From positions 1 to 54,645 of IMG/VR virus record IMGVR_UViG_3300045988_061800: a DNA stretch of 54,645 nt, one strand, 5' to 3'. The notes beneath the pieces are model-generated. The model did not search any database. It was not told where the DNA came from and saw only the letters and a list, made by a program, of their open reading frames with translations. The position numbers were made by a program, and so were the translations under genes. Positions 48,840 to 54,645 of the stretch are shown one piece after another. This DNA comes from a virus. Positions within the stretch are counted from its first letter, which is position 1. The number at the start of each line of letters is the position of its first letter.

Positions 48840-49634
48840 ATGAAACGATCTACTCGGATGATGCTCATGTCCGGCGGACGCAAGGATGACCGCCGTTATG
48901 ACCGGGAGCCCGAGGACAAATTGCGCGACCGCCGTGGCCGGGAACACTACGACAATGGCCGTTATGCACCGCGCTCTGAGATGATGGAGCCGGAGGATCG
49001 GGGCTATCGTCGCTACTCTGATGGGCGCTTTGCCCCACGCAACGATGGTGGCATGTGGGTAGATAGCCGCTACTGGGATGACCGGATGTACGGCCCTCAG
49101 TCTCACTACGGCTACCCCTACGTCCCCCCGGTCTATCGGGAGGATGGGAGCGCATACACAGAGCGACGGGAGATGAATCGGCCCATGAACAAAATCGGAT
49201 TCGCTATCTCTGGCGAAGGAGAAATGAGAACTCCGAGAGAGTTTGACCATGACTACCGCATGGACGAGATGGCGTACAGAAAAGGTGGAGAACGCATGAC
49301 AGGTTATGGGGCTGCTTCCGGCTATATCCCTTTCACGAAGGAGATGGCCGATGAATGGTCTAAGCATATGGATAACGAAGACGGCACCCGTGGCGCTCAC
49401 TGGACGCTGGAGCAGGCAAAGCAGGTCATGGCCCAGCGCGGGATAGAGTGCGATCCCGTCCAGTTCTGGGCGGCCCTCAACATGGTCTATAGTGACTACG
49501 TTAAGGTAGCCAAGAAACACGGTGTTGGCGATAAGATTGATTTCTATGCCGACATGGCAAAATCGTTCCTCTGTGACAAGGACGCACCGGAGGACAAGCT
49601 GGCCCGCTACTACGAGTACATCGTGAGGGGCTAA
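48840..49634 (+). CDS. Protein with R/D/Y-rich disordered N-half and globular C-half (264 aa)
   Basis: AGGAGGGG RBS. ORF track. Confidence 0.65.
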   Translation: MKRSTRMMLMSGGRKDDRRYDREPEDKLRDRRGREHYDNGRYAPRSEMMEPEDRGYRRYSDGRFAPRNDGGMWVDSRYWDDRMYGPQSHYGYPYVPPVYREDGSAYTERREMNRPMNKIGFAISGEGEMRTPREFDHDYRMDEMAYRKGGERMTGYGAASGYIPFTKEMADEWSKHMDNEDGTRGAHWTLEQAKQVMAQRGIECDPVQFWAALNMVYSDYVKVAKKHGVGDKIDFYADMAKSFLCDKDAPEDKLARYYEYIVRG

Positions 49635-49639
49635 ACAAG

Positions 49640-49672
49640 GGGCGGGGGCAATAGCCTCCGCCCTCTATTTTT
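49640..49672 (+). terminator. Terminator GGGCGGGGGC-AATA-GCCTCCGCCC plus TCTATTTTT
   Basis: 10-bp stem with one G.U pair, directly after the stop at 49634. Confidence 0.75.
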
Positions 49673-49728
49673 GAACTTTTTCATCGGTTTGCTATTTGCA
49701 CATATTTACACCGAAAGTTACGCACTAG
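49668..49728 (+). repeat. attP-region direct repeat, copy 1
   Basis: TTTTTGAACTTTTT...CTATTTGCACATATTTA...GAAAGTTAC is repeated 204 bp downstream. Confidence 0.75.
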
Positions 49729-49871
49729 CTACATACTAGATACAAAAAATCCTGCAACCATTGCAATTACTAGGTTTCTTTTTCTGAGGAATTACAAACA
49801 CATTAAAAGTCAATCTAATTTTAGAACTAAAAATACTAGAACAACAATAAAAATCCACAACAAAAACAACT

Positions 49872-49932
49872 TTTTTGAACTTTTTGTTCGTTGTTCTATT
49901 TGCACATATTTAAAAAGAAAGTTACAAATACT
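49872..49932 (+). repeat. attP-region direct repeat, copy 2 (abuts the integrase stop)
   Basis: Identical 13-mer and 17-mer blocks in the same order as copy 1. Confidence 0.75.
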
Positions 49933-50963
49933 TAGGAAACCTTCTGGATCTCTTTAGCCAAAAACGAAACATCTACGTGCGTATAGTGCTCGGTAACATC
50001 TCCATCGGAATGCCCTAAGATACGCTTTATAGCGACTTCGTCCACCCCGGCCATCCTCATCCGAGACGCGGCGGTATGTCTGCACCAATGAGGGGTTGCG
50101 GAAGGAAGTCCTAATTCTTCCATAACTTTAGAGAATAGCGGGCGGTATTTGTATGCGGGGATTGCATTCCCGTCATCATCACAGATAATAGTTTTACCGC
50201 CCCTGGACAGCCACTTGGTCAGATATGGCATGATTTTAGGATGCACCGGGACAATGCGATTTTTCCCGGCCTGGGTTTTTAGACCTCCTTGCAAATAATT
50301 CGCCTCCGAATGATACGAGAATCTGGTAAGCCCCAAAAACTCGGACACCCGGAATCCAGTATAACATAGCATTAGTACGGTATCAGCCCAAGGGAATCCA
50401 GAGGACGCCAGGTTCTCCAATTTACGCATTGTGATATCATCAAAAGCACCCTTTTCGTGCTTTGCTTCAACTCCTGGAAGTTCCACAAAAGCGGAATAGT
50501 CTTTATACACGATATCGCGCTCTGTTGCGTGCTTAAAAAGTGCTTTCATAAGCATTTTGTCATTGCTAATACTAGATTTCGATAATCCGTTTGCCTCGTC
50601 TTGGTCAATAATAGATTGTAGGTCGTCAATCGTAACCTTGCACATATCCTTTTTTTCTAGCACACAGAGGCGCGCCCAAGAAGCCTTATAGCTGGCGATA
50701 GAGGCAGCTCCTGCCTTTGCATACTTTTTGGCAGACCACTGATTGTATACGTCTCCCCAGGTAACGGCGAGTGACTTTGCCGGGATATTAGATGCCAAAT
50801 ATTTGTCAAGGGCCTCCTGTGCTTCTTTGGCAGTTCTGTGGTAGGATAGATACTTTTGCTTCCACAGTCCGGGCCGCTCCAAATACGACACCCTGACGGC
50901 GTATCGGTTTCTGCGGTTCGGGCCAAGATTTACAATACTTCCAGTTCCGTTCGCTCTTCTCAT
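49932..50963 (-). CDS. int: Tyrosine integrase
   Basis: HWCRHTAASRMRMAGVDEVAIKRILGHSDGDVTEHYTHV (R, HxxR, Y catalytic pattern). 343 aa. Confidence 0.9.
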   Translation of the reverse strand: MRRANGTGSIVNLGPNRRNRYAVRVSYLERPGLWKQKYLSYHRTAKEAQEALDKYLASNIPAKSLAVTWGDVYNQWSAKKYAKAGAASIASYKASWARLCVLEKKDMCKVTIDDLQSIIDQDEANGLSKSSISNDKMLMKALFKHATERDIVYKDYSAFVELPGVEAKHEKGAFDDITMRKLENLASSGFPWADTVLMLCYTGFRVSEFLGLTRFSYHSEANYLQGGLKTQAGKNRIVPVHPKIMPYLTKWLSRGGKTIICDDDGNAIPAYKYRPLFSKVMEELGLPSATPHWCRHTAASRMRMAGVDEVAIKRILGHSDGDVTEHYTHVDVSFLAKEIQKVS

Positions 50964-50985
50964 TGACTTTTCCCCCTATTCTGGT

Positions 50986-51026
50986 AAAATAAAGGGGTGA
51001 TATGGCACCCAAACCTTATCACCCCT
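50986..51026 (-). terminator. Leftward terminator between the lysogeny operon and int
   Basis: The minus strand reads AGGGGTGATA...TATCACCCCT (10 bp) followed by TTATTTT. Confidence 0.6.
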
Positions 51027-51069
51027 ATGTGAGCCGTCCCTGGTGTTGGTAGCACCGGGGGCGGCATTT

Positions 51070-51351
51070 TTATTGCGCCTTTTTCAGTTTCTCCATTTCA
51101 CGGTTCAGCTTCTTCCCCATAGCCTCAAGGGCAGTGATCCGAGTGTCCATGACCTCCATGTCGTCCAGGTGCTCCAGTTTCTCCAGGATGGCGCTCTGGC
51201 CCTCTGCGAGCAAATTAAACCGCTTTTCAAATTTGGTTTCCATCATCATTACGGTGTTTTTGGTGATGCGCTGTTCAGCGTCCGCGATAATGGATTGGAT
51301 TGCCTGCAAATCTTTTTTGTCCAACATACGTAAAATCTCCTTATTGTTCAC
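51070..51351 (-). CDS. Coiled-coil protein (93 aa)
   Basis: ORF track. Heptad-like K/E/L-rich sequence. Confidence 0.6.
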   Translation of the reverse strand: MNNKEILRMLDKKDLQAIQSIIADAEQRITKNTVMMMETKFEKRFNLLAEGQSAILEKLEHLDDMEVMDTRITALEAMGKKLNREMEKLKKAQ

Positions 51352-52049
51352 TCTAAGCCAAACTGCGCTTTATTGACTACTTTGCCATCTTGGAACATCA
51401 CATTTTCGTTAGCCCCAATAGACCCTTTACCTTCCCACATCCACATTGTAGTTACATATTCTGACCCAATGCCAAGATCTGATTCGGATAGCAGTTCTCC
51501 TTTCGATCCAATAATCGAAACTACTTCGTCGTATGTCATCCCATTTTTAATCTGGTTAAACTCATCTAAGCTAATTTTCTCGTCATTATAGGTAACTGCT
51601 TCCCCAAAAACATCAAACATAACTTTATCGCCAGTGACAGTAAGATATATTTCTCCAGCTTCTGACTGCTTGAGGTAAATGGCGCATCGTGTAGTATCTT
51701 GGAGTAATGGAGCATTCTTAGATAGCTCGACAAGAGTTGATTTAATATCCTCCCAGTTAGCTGGCGCAGACCCCGCTTCCTTCGCTTCTTGTATAAGCGC
51801 GGCTATGTCAGGGTCATAGATACTCACTGTGGTCATATCTCCAAATAGGGAGATCTCTATAAATGAGGTATCACAGAAGGACGAGAATGTAGCAGTGATA
51901 TTGTCTTTTATTGGGTCACTTTCGGGTGTGGCTACAATGGTCTGTTCCGGGGGAGGGCTTTTGCTCACATCTACTGTTGACTCAGCAGTACAAGCGGACA
52001 GCGGGATTATTAGCGCCAATCCCCAAGCGGCCATTCTTTTCCATCCCAT
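51348..52049 (-). CDS. Lipoprotein with DUF3862-like C-terminal domain (superinfection-exclusion candidate)
   Basis: Signal peptide plus lipobox ...LALIIPLSA-C. C-terminal FNQIKNGMTYDEVVSIIGSKGELLSES. Confidence 0.7.
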   Translation of the reverse strand: MGWKRMAAWGLALIIPLSACTAESTVDVSKSPPPEQTIVATPESDPIKDNITATFSSFCDTSFIEISLFGDMTTVSIYDPDIAALIQEAKEAGSAPANWEDIKSTLVELSKNAPLLQDTTRCAIYLKQSEAGEIYLTVTGDKVMFDVFGEAVTYNDEKISLDEFNQIKNGMTYDEVVSIIGSKGELLSESDLGIGSEYVTTMWMWEGKGSIGANENVMFQDGKVVNKAQFGLE

Positions 52050-52189
52050 TTCCCATTCTCCTCTCTATTTTACCGCACTCTGGCGGTTCTTTTACGCTCA
52101 TGCAAAAGTCCGATAATCCGTGCATTATATCGGAAGGCGATCAAACGCGCACAGAAAATTTACACTTCTTTTTTGGTGATATTCCCATC

Positions 52190-52217
52190 TTGAAAAATGG
52201 AACTAATGTTCTATAAT
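52190..52217 (+). promoter_or_regulatory. Promoter TTGAAA-16-TATAAT pointing rightwards inside the leftward lysogeny operon
   Basis: TTGAAA 52190-95 and TATAAT 52212-17. Confidence 0.5.
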
Positions 52218-52375
52218 AATAGTCAACAGAAACAAATTTTCCAGCATCGACAAAACCTGACAGAATATAAGGTAAACAGGGCGTATAGTGCAAACAGAGG
52301 CTACAAAATGTGCCAAAATTAGAAAAATTACATAGTTCTGATTGGGAGTGGCACAAACTGGGAGGATGGTGCAGA

Positions 52376-52483
52376 ATGACGCCGAAAGAAAAATTGCTAG
52401 AGTCGATCGAAAGGCTTATATCCGCAATGGACGAGGAAAAATTAAAAAATGTTTACCAGTTTGTCCTGCACATTTCTAAATAG
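52376..52483 (+). CDS. Putative 35-aa protein (MTPKEKLLESIERLISAMDEEKLKNVYQFVLHISK)
   Basis: GGGAGGATGG RBS. Followed by a terminator. Confidence 0.45.
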   Translation: MTPKEKLLESIERLISAMDEEKLKNVYQFVLHISK

Positions 52484-52495
52484 CACCGATACCAT

Positions 52496-52530
52496 GCCGT
52501 CCCCTTATTCGGGGGACGGCTTTTCTTTTT
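52496..52530 (+). terminator. Terminator GCCGTCCCC-ttattcg-GGGGACGGC plus TTTTCTTTTT (the loop contains the repressor stop codon)
   Basis: Perfect 9-bp stem. The T-run is on the plus strand only. Confidence 0.7.
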
Positions 52531-52891
52531 GCATTTCTTCTACAAGCATATTCGCCATATCGGCCAACATTTGCCATTGGTCAACGGATAATCTTGACAT
52601 AACCGAAATTAGACGGTGCTTAAAGTCTGGCTCACCATTGAGCAGGTCGCCGAAAAATGCGGAAAGCTCCTCGTTCCGACTCCTCTGCAAAAACATTGGT
52701 TCCGCCCCGTTCTTTAACCAGTCCTCATTTACGTTGAACTCTCGGCAAATAAGATCCACAAACAGTGGCTTTGGCTCCACCTTGTTAAGTTCTATATTCG
52801 TAATTGCTCCCCGCGTAACTCCGAGCCTTTTACCAAATTCTTCTTGCGAAATCCCCAGTGCCAAACGCACAGCTTTAATTCGTTCATTCAC
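52505..52891 (-). CDS. CI-like repressor (XRE-family HTH)
   Basis: IKAVRLALGISQEEFGKRLGVTRGAITNIE. GTG start after AGGGGGTG. Divergent from the early operon. Confidence 0.85.
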   Translation of the reverse strand: MNERIKAVRLALGISQEEFGKRLGVTRGAITNIELNKVEPKPLFVDLICREFNVNEDWLKNGAEPMFLQRSRNEELSAFFGDLLNGEPDFKHRLISVMSRLSVDQWQMLADMANMLVEEMQKEKPSPE

Positions 52892-52917
52892 ATGATCACC
52901 CCCTTGCTACATTAGAT

Positions 52918-52946
52918 ATTATACTATTCATTTTCTGTATTGTCAA
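52918..52946 (-). promoter_or_regulatory. Leftward (repressor) promoter TTGACA-17-TATAAT
   Basis: Read on the minus strand. The -35 lies inside operator 52937-52949. Confidence 0.6.
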
Positions 52947-52949
52947 TAC
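52937..52949. promoter_or_regulatory. Operator palindrome GTATTGTCAATAC
   Basis: 13-bp perfect palindrome. A second copy lies 40 bp away. Confidence 0.65.
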
Positions 52950-52976
52950 AAACAAAGTAATATAATTTCAAAAAAT

Positions 52977-52989
52977 GTATTGACAATAC
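52977..52989. promoter_or_regulatory. Operator palindrome GTATTGACAATAC
   Basis: 13-bp perfect palindrome that overlaps the rightward -35. Confidence 0.65.
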
Positions 52990-53008
52990 GAAAAAATAGG
53001 TGTAGAAT
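52980..53008 (+). promoter_or_regulatory. Rightward early promoter TTGACA-17-TAGAAT
   Basis: TTGACA 52980-85 and TAGAAT 53003-08. Confidence 0.6.
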
Positions 53009-53040
53009 GTATCCAGAAAACGAATGAGAGGGGTGACAAT

Positions 53041-53202
53041 ATGAGCGAAAAAGAGCGCAATATTGCCGAAAGCCTGACGCGTGCTTGTGAACTTCTTCCC
53101 GACGGAAAGAAAGAGTATTTGATCGGGTATGCAGAAGGCGTAGCAGCTATGGCGGAGAAGGCCAAGGAGCACACTAATGGAGAAAAAGAAGCCCGCCCCT
53201 GA
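53041..53202 (+). CDS. First early protein (53 aa, Cro position; no obvious HTH)
   Basis: GAGAGGGGTG RBS. Under 60 aa, so absent from the track. Confidence 0.5.
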   Translation: MSEKERNIAESLTRACELLPDGKKEYLIGYAEGVAAMAEKAKEHTNGEKEARP

Positions 53203-53226
53203 CGGGGCGGAGAAGGAGGGAATATA

Positions 53227-53361
53227 ATGATCGAGTCCAAGCATGTAATAATCAATCACCTCAACAGGTGGGTGGAATCATATGACATCGTAAAAGAATG
53301 GGATTCCGACGGACATATCATCCGACAGGAAGTGGTTAATTATCGGCGCGAATGGACCTAA
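53227..53361 (+). CDS. Putative 44-aa early protein
   Basis: GGAGAAGGAGGG RBS. Confidence 0.45.
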   Translation: MIESKHVIINHLNRWVESYDIVKEWDSDGHIIRQEVVNYRREWT

Positions 53362-53514
53362 TCACGAATCCAGCCCCGGAGTCACGAGGGAAAAATAAGC
53401 GCCCCGGCCGGTGTGCGACCACCGACCAGGGCATGACACCACGTACCGAAGCTACGAGGTATCGGAGACAGTATATCACATCCTCCGGCCTCTGGCAAGA
53501 TTGGAGGATTTTTT

Positions 53515-53721
53515 ATGACCAAAGATGGGCAACTCAACGAGAGTAGCACGAAGCGGGAGATTGAGAACCGTTTCGCAAATGCACGCCGCGTCATGGACGA
53601 CCTATGCCGGGCTTACTATGGGATGACTTGGGATGAGCATGAGCGGCTCCACGGGGAGAAGGGAGGCGAAAACGATGAGGCCAAGAACCAGAGCGCGGCC
53701 GCCGATCCCAACGGACGCTGA
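53515..53721 (+). CDS. Hypothetical early protein (68 aa)
   Basis: GGAGG lies 7 nt upstream. Confidence 0.55.
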   Translation: MTKDGQLNESSTKREIENRFANARRVMDDLCRAYYGMTWDEHERLHGEKGGENDEAKNQSAAADPNGR

Positions 53722-54004
53722 GATACTAGCGTATGACAATGTTCCAGTGGACGTTGCGGCCCGGTATTTAGACTGGCCGGAACAGACGGTAAGGCTGGCG
53801 CTCAGAGAGGGCCGGGCAACCTTCGGGATTGCGGTCAAGGACAAGGCGCTTACATACAAGATCAGCCCCGGCGGGCTGGTTAAGTACAAGCGAGAGGGCG
53901 TACCGTGCTTTGACTACGAAACCATCGTACACATGATACGGACTGCGGTGGCGAGCACCATTCAAAGCGAAATGAGCGATTTCAAGACAGAGCTTTTCAA
54001 CTAA
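53675..54004 (+). CDS. Putative DNA-binding early protein (109 aa)
   Basis: VPVDVAARYLDWPEQTVRLALREGR is HTH-like. ATG 53675 follows GGGAGG. Confidence 0.5.
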   Translation: MRPRTRARPPIPTDAEILAYDNVPVDVAARYLDWPEQTVRLALREGRATFGIAVKDKALTYKISPGGLVKYKREGVPCFDYETIVHMIRTAVASTIQSEMSDFKTELFN

Positions 54005-54022
54005 TGAAAGAGAGTGAAAATT

Positions 54023-54184
54023 ATGGGAGCACAAACCGAGCGCGACAGGCGCGCAAAAGCATACAGCTACCGGGCCTACCGCCGCCGGGTACAGCAGGCG
54101 CAGGCGATGGCCCAGCGGGTACAACTGGCGGTGGTTGCCGGAGCGGCGCTGGTGCTGGCTATTCTGGTGGCGGTCAGCCTATGA
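54023..54184 (+). CDS. Putative 53-aa tail-anchored membrane protein
   Basis: MGAQTERDRRAKAYSYRAYRRRVQQAQAMAQRVQLAVVAGAALVLAILVAVSL. Preferred over the Gly-rich frame of track ORF 54004. Confidence 0.4.
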   Translation: MGAQTERDRRAKAYSYRAYRRRVQQAQAMAQRVQLAVVAGAALVLAILVAVSL

Positions 54185-54411
54185 AGAAACAACTGATCGT
54201 GACCATTGCATATCTCTTTCTGCTGCTGGCGCTGATTGCACTAGTTGAAATCATCTGGGGCCAGGAACCGGAGAGCCAGGCCATTGAGACACAGGTGGCA
54301 ACCACCACCCCGGCCCCCACGCCAACCGGACCGCTCACCATCCAGATCACCGGACTGGAGGGCGCGGAGAGCATCGACGATGTGTGGGCGGTCATAGAAA
54401 TCCCACATTGA
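54181..54411 (+). CDS. Small membrane protein (76 aa)
   Basis: ATGA overlap. MKKQLIVTIAYLFLLLALIALVEIIW. Confidence 0.5.
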   Translation: MKKQLIVTIAYLFLLLALIALVEIIWGQEPESQAIETQVATTTPAPTPTGPLTIQITGLEGAESIDDVWAVIEIPH

Positions 54412-54423
54412 GGAGGGAGCAAA

Positions 54424-54645
54424 ATGGACTTAAAAAAGATTTTGGACGAGCATCTCCTTTGGCTGAATGGAGAGGGCGGCAGCCGTGCCAACCTGCGCTG
54501 TGCCGACCTGTTCGGTGCCAACCTGCGCGGTGCCAACCTGAGCAATGCCGACCTGCGCGATGCCGACCTGCGCTGTGCCGACCTGCGCTGTGCCGACCTG
54601 TTCGGTGCCAACCTGCGCGGTGCCAACCTGAGCGATGCCAACCTG
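54424..54645 (+). CDS. Pentapeptide-repeat protein, 5' portion (continues at base 2 after removing the 55-bp overlap)
   Basis: [60 protein letters not shown]... Confidence 0.85.
   Translation, partial: MDLKKILDEHLLWLNGEGGSRANLRCADLFGANLRGANLSNADLRDADLRCADLRCADLFGANLRGANLSDANL
54591..54645. repeat. Terminal direct repeat (identical to 1-55)
   Basis: See the feature at 1-55. Confidence 0.95.

Noticed and set aside
54466-54645. Tandem 15-nt periodic repeats at both ends of the window, considered as a CRISPR array or non-coding VNTR
   Set aside because: The period is 15 nt with no spacers, and the repeats translate in frame as A(D/N)LxX pentapeptide repeats within an RBS-led ORF. The alternative-frame ORFs (55..237 plus, 54174..54641 minus) are artefacts.
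1-54645. Diversity-generating retroelement, retron, CRISPR array or classical toxin-antitoxin pair
   Set aside because: No reverse-transcriptase-like ORF, no repeat-spacer array, and no recognisable TA module was seen in any frame.

Overview
The window is a circularly closed phage genome. Bases 1-55 are identical to 54591-54645, so the unique length is about 54,590 bp. It looks like a temperate siphovirus-type dsDNA phage of a Gram-positive, Clostridia-like host, judged from strong GGAGG ribosome-binding sites, an XkdX/holin/Amidase_3 lysis cassette and an SLH-like wall-binding motif. All calls come from reading the sequence and ORF track; no database search or RNA folding was run, so family names are motif-level recognitions. 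Plus-strand order: (1) early genes, including a pentapeptide-repeat protein that spans the junction; (2) a Sak4-type ATPase, PD-(D/E)XK nuclease, DUF669-like SSB, ERCC4 nuclease, CHC2 primase and P-loop helicase, followed by an iteron/AT-rich origin-like region; (3) about 20 small early ORFs, including an MTase-like gene, Lar, a NUMOD4-HNH endonuclease, YopX and DUF551, then terS with a CGACTAT repeat array; (4) a 5.5-kb island between terS and terL holding a leftward operon of small acidic ORFs, a small serine recombinase and Zn-ribbon/AP2-type endonuclease-like paralogues; (5) terL; (6) a promoter-driven RNA-only unit with 3 tRNAs and about 0.9 kb of GC-rich structured non-coding sequence, a ROOL/GOLLD-class candidate; (7) a Com-like Zn-ribbon gene; (8) portal, MuF, scaffold, capsid, connectors, major tail, G/T chaperones with an A_AAA_AAC -1 frameshift site, a lipoprotein moron, tape measure and distal tail proteins; (9) a radical-SAM/SPASM enzyme translationally coupled to a protein with a 16-Cys SCIFF-like segment fused to an FN3-like domain, sitting inside the tail-fibre module; (10) tail fibres, lysis genes, a cargo cluster of low-complexity proteins, attP-like repeats, a tyrosine integrase and a CI/Cro-type switch. 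The rSAM/Cys-rich pair is the most unusual system I see. The second standout is a 12-14-nt motif, AGTGCC(A/G)AGTGCC, found in pairs at exactly four places I could find: just 5' of terL, portal, major tail and tape measure. At three of those sites it overlaps a hairpin plus U-run that also sequesters the Shine-Dalgarno sequence.
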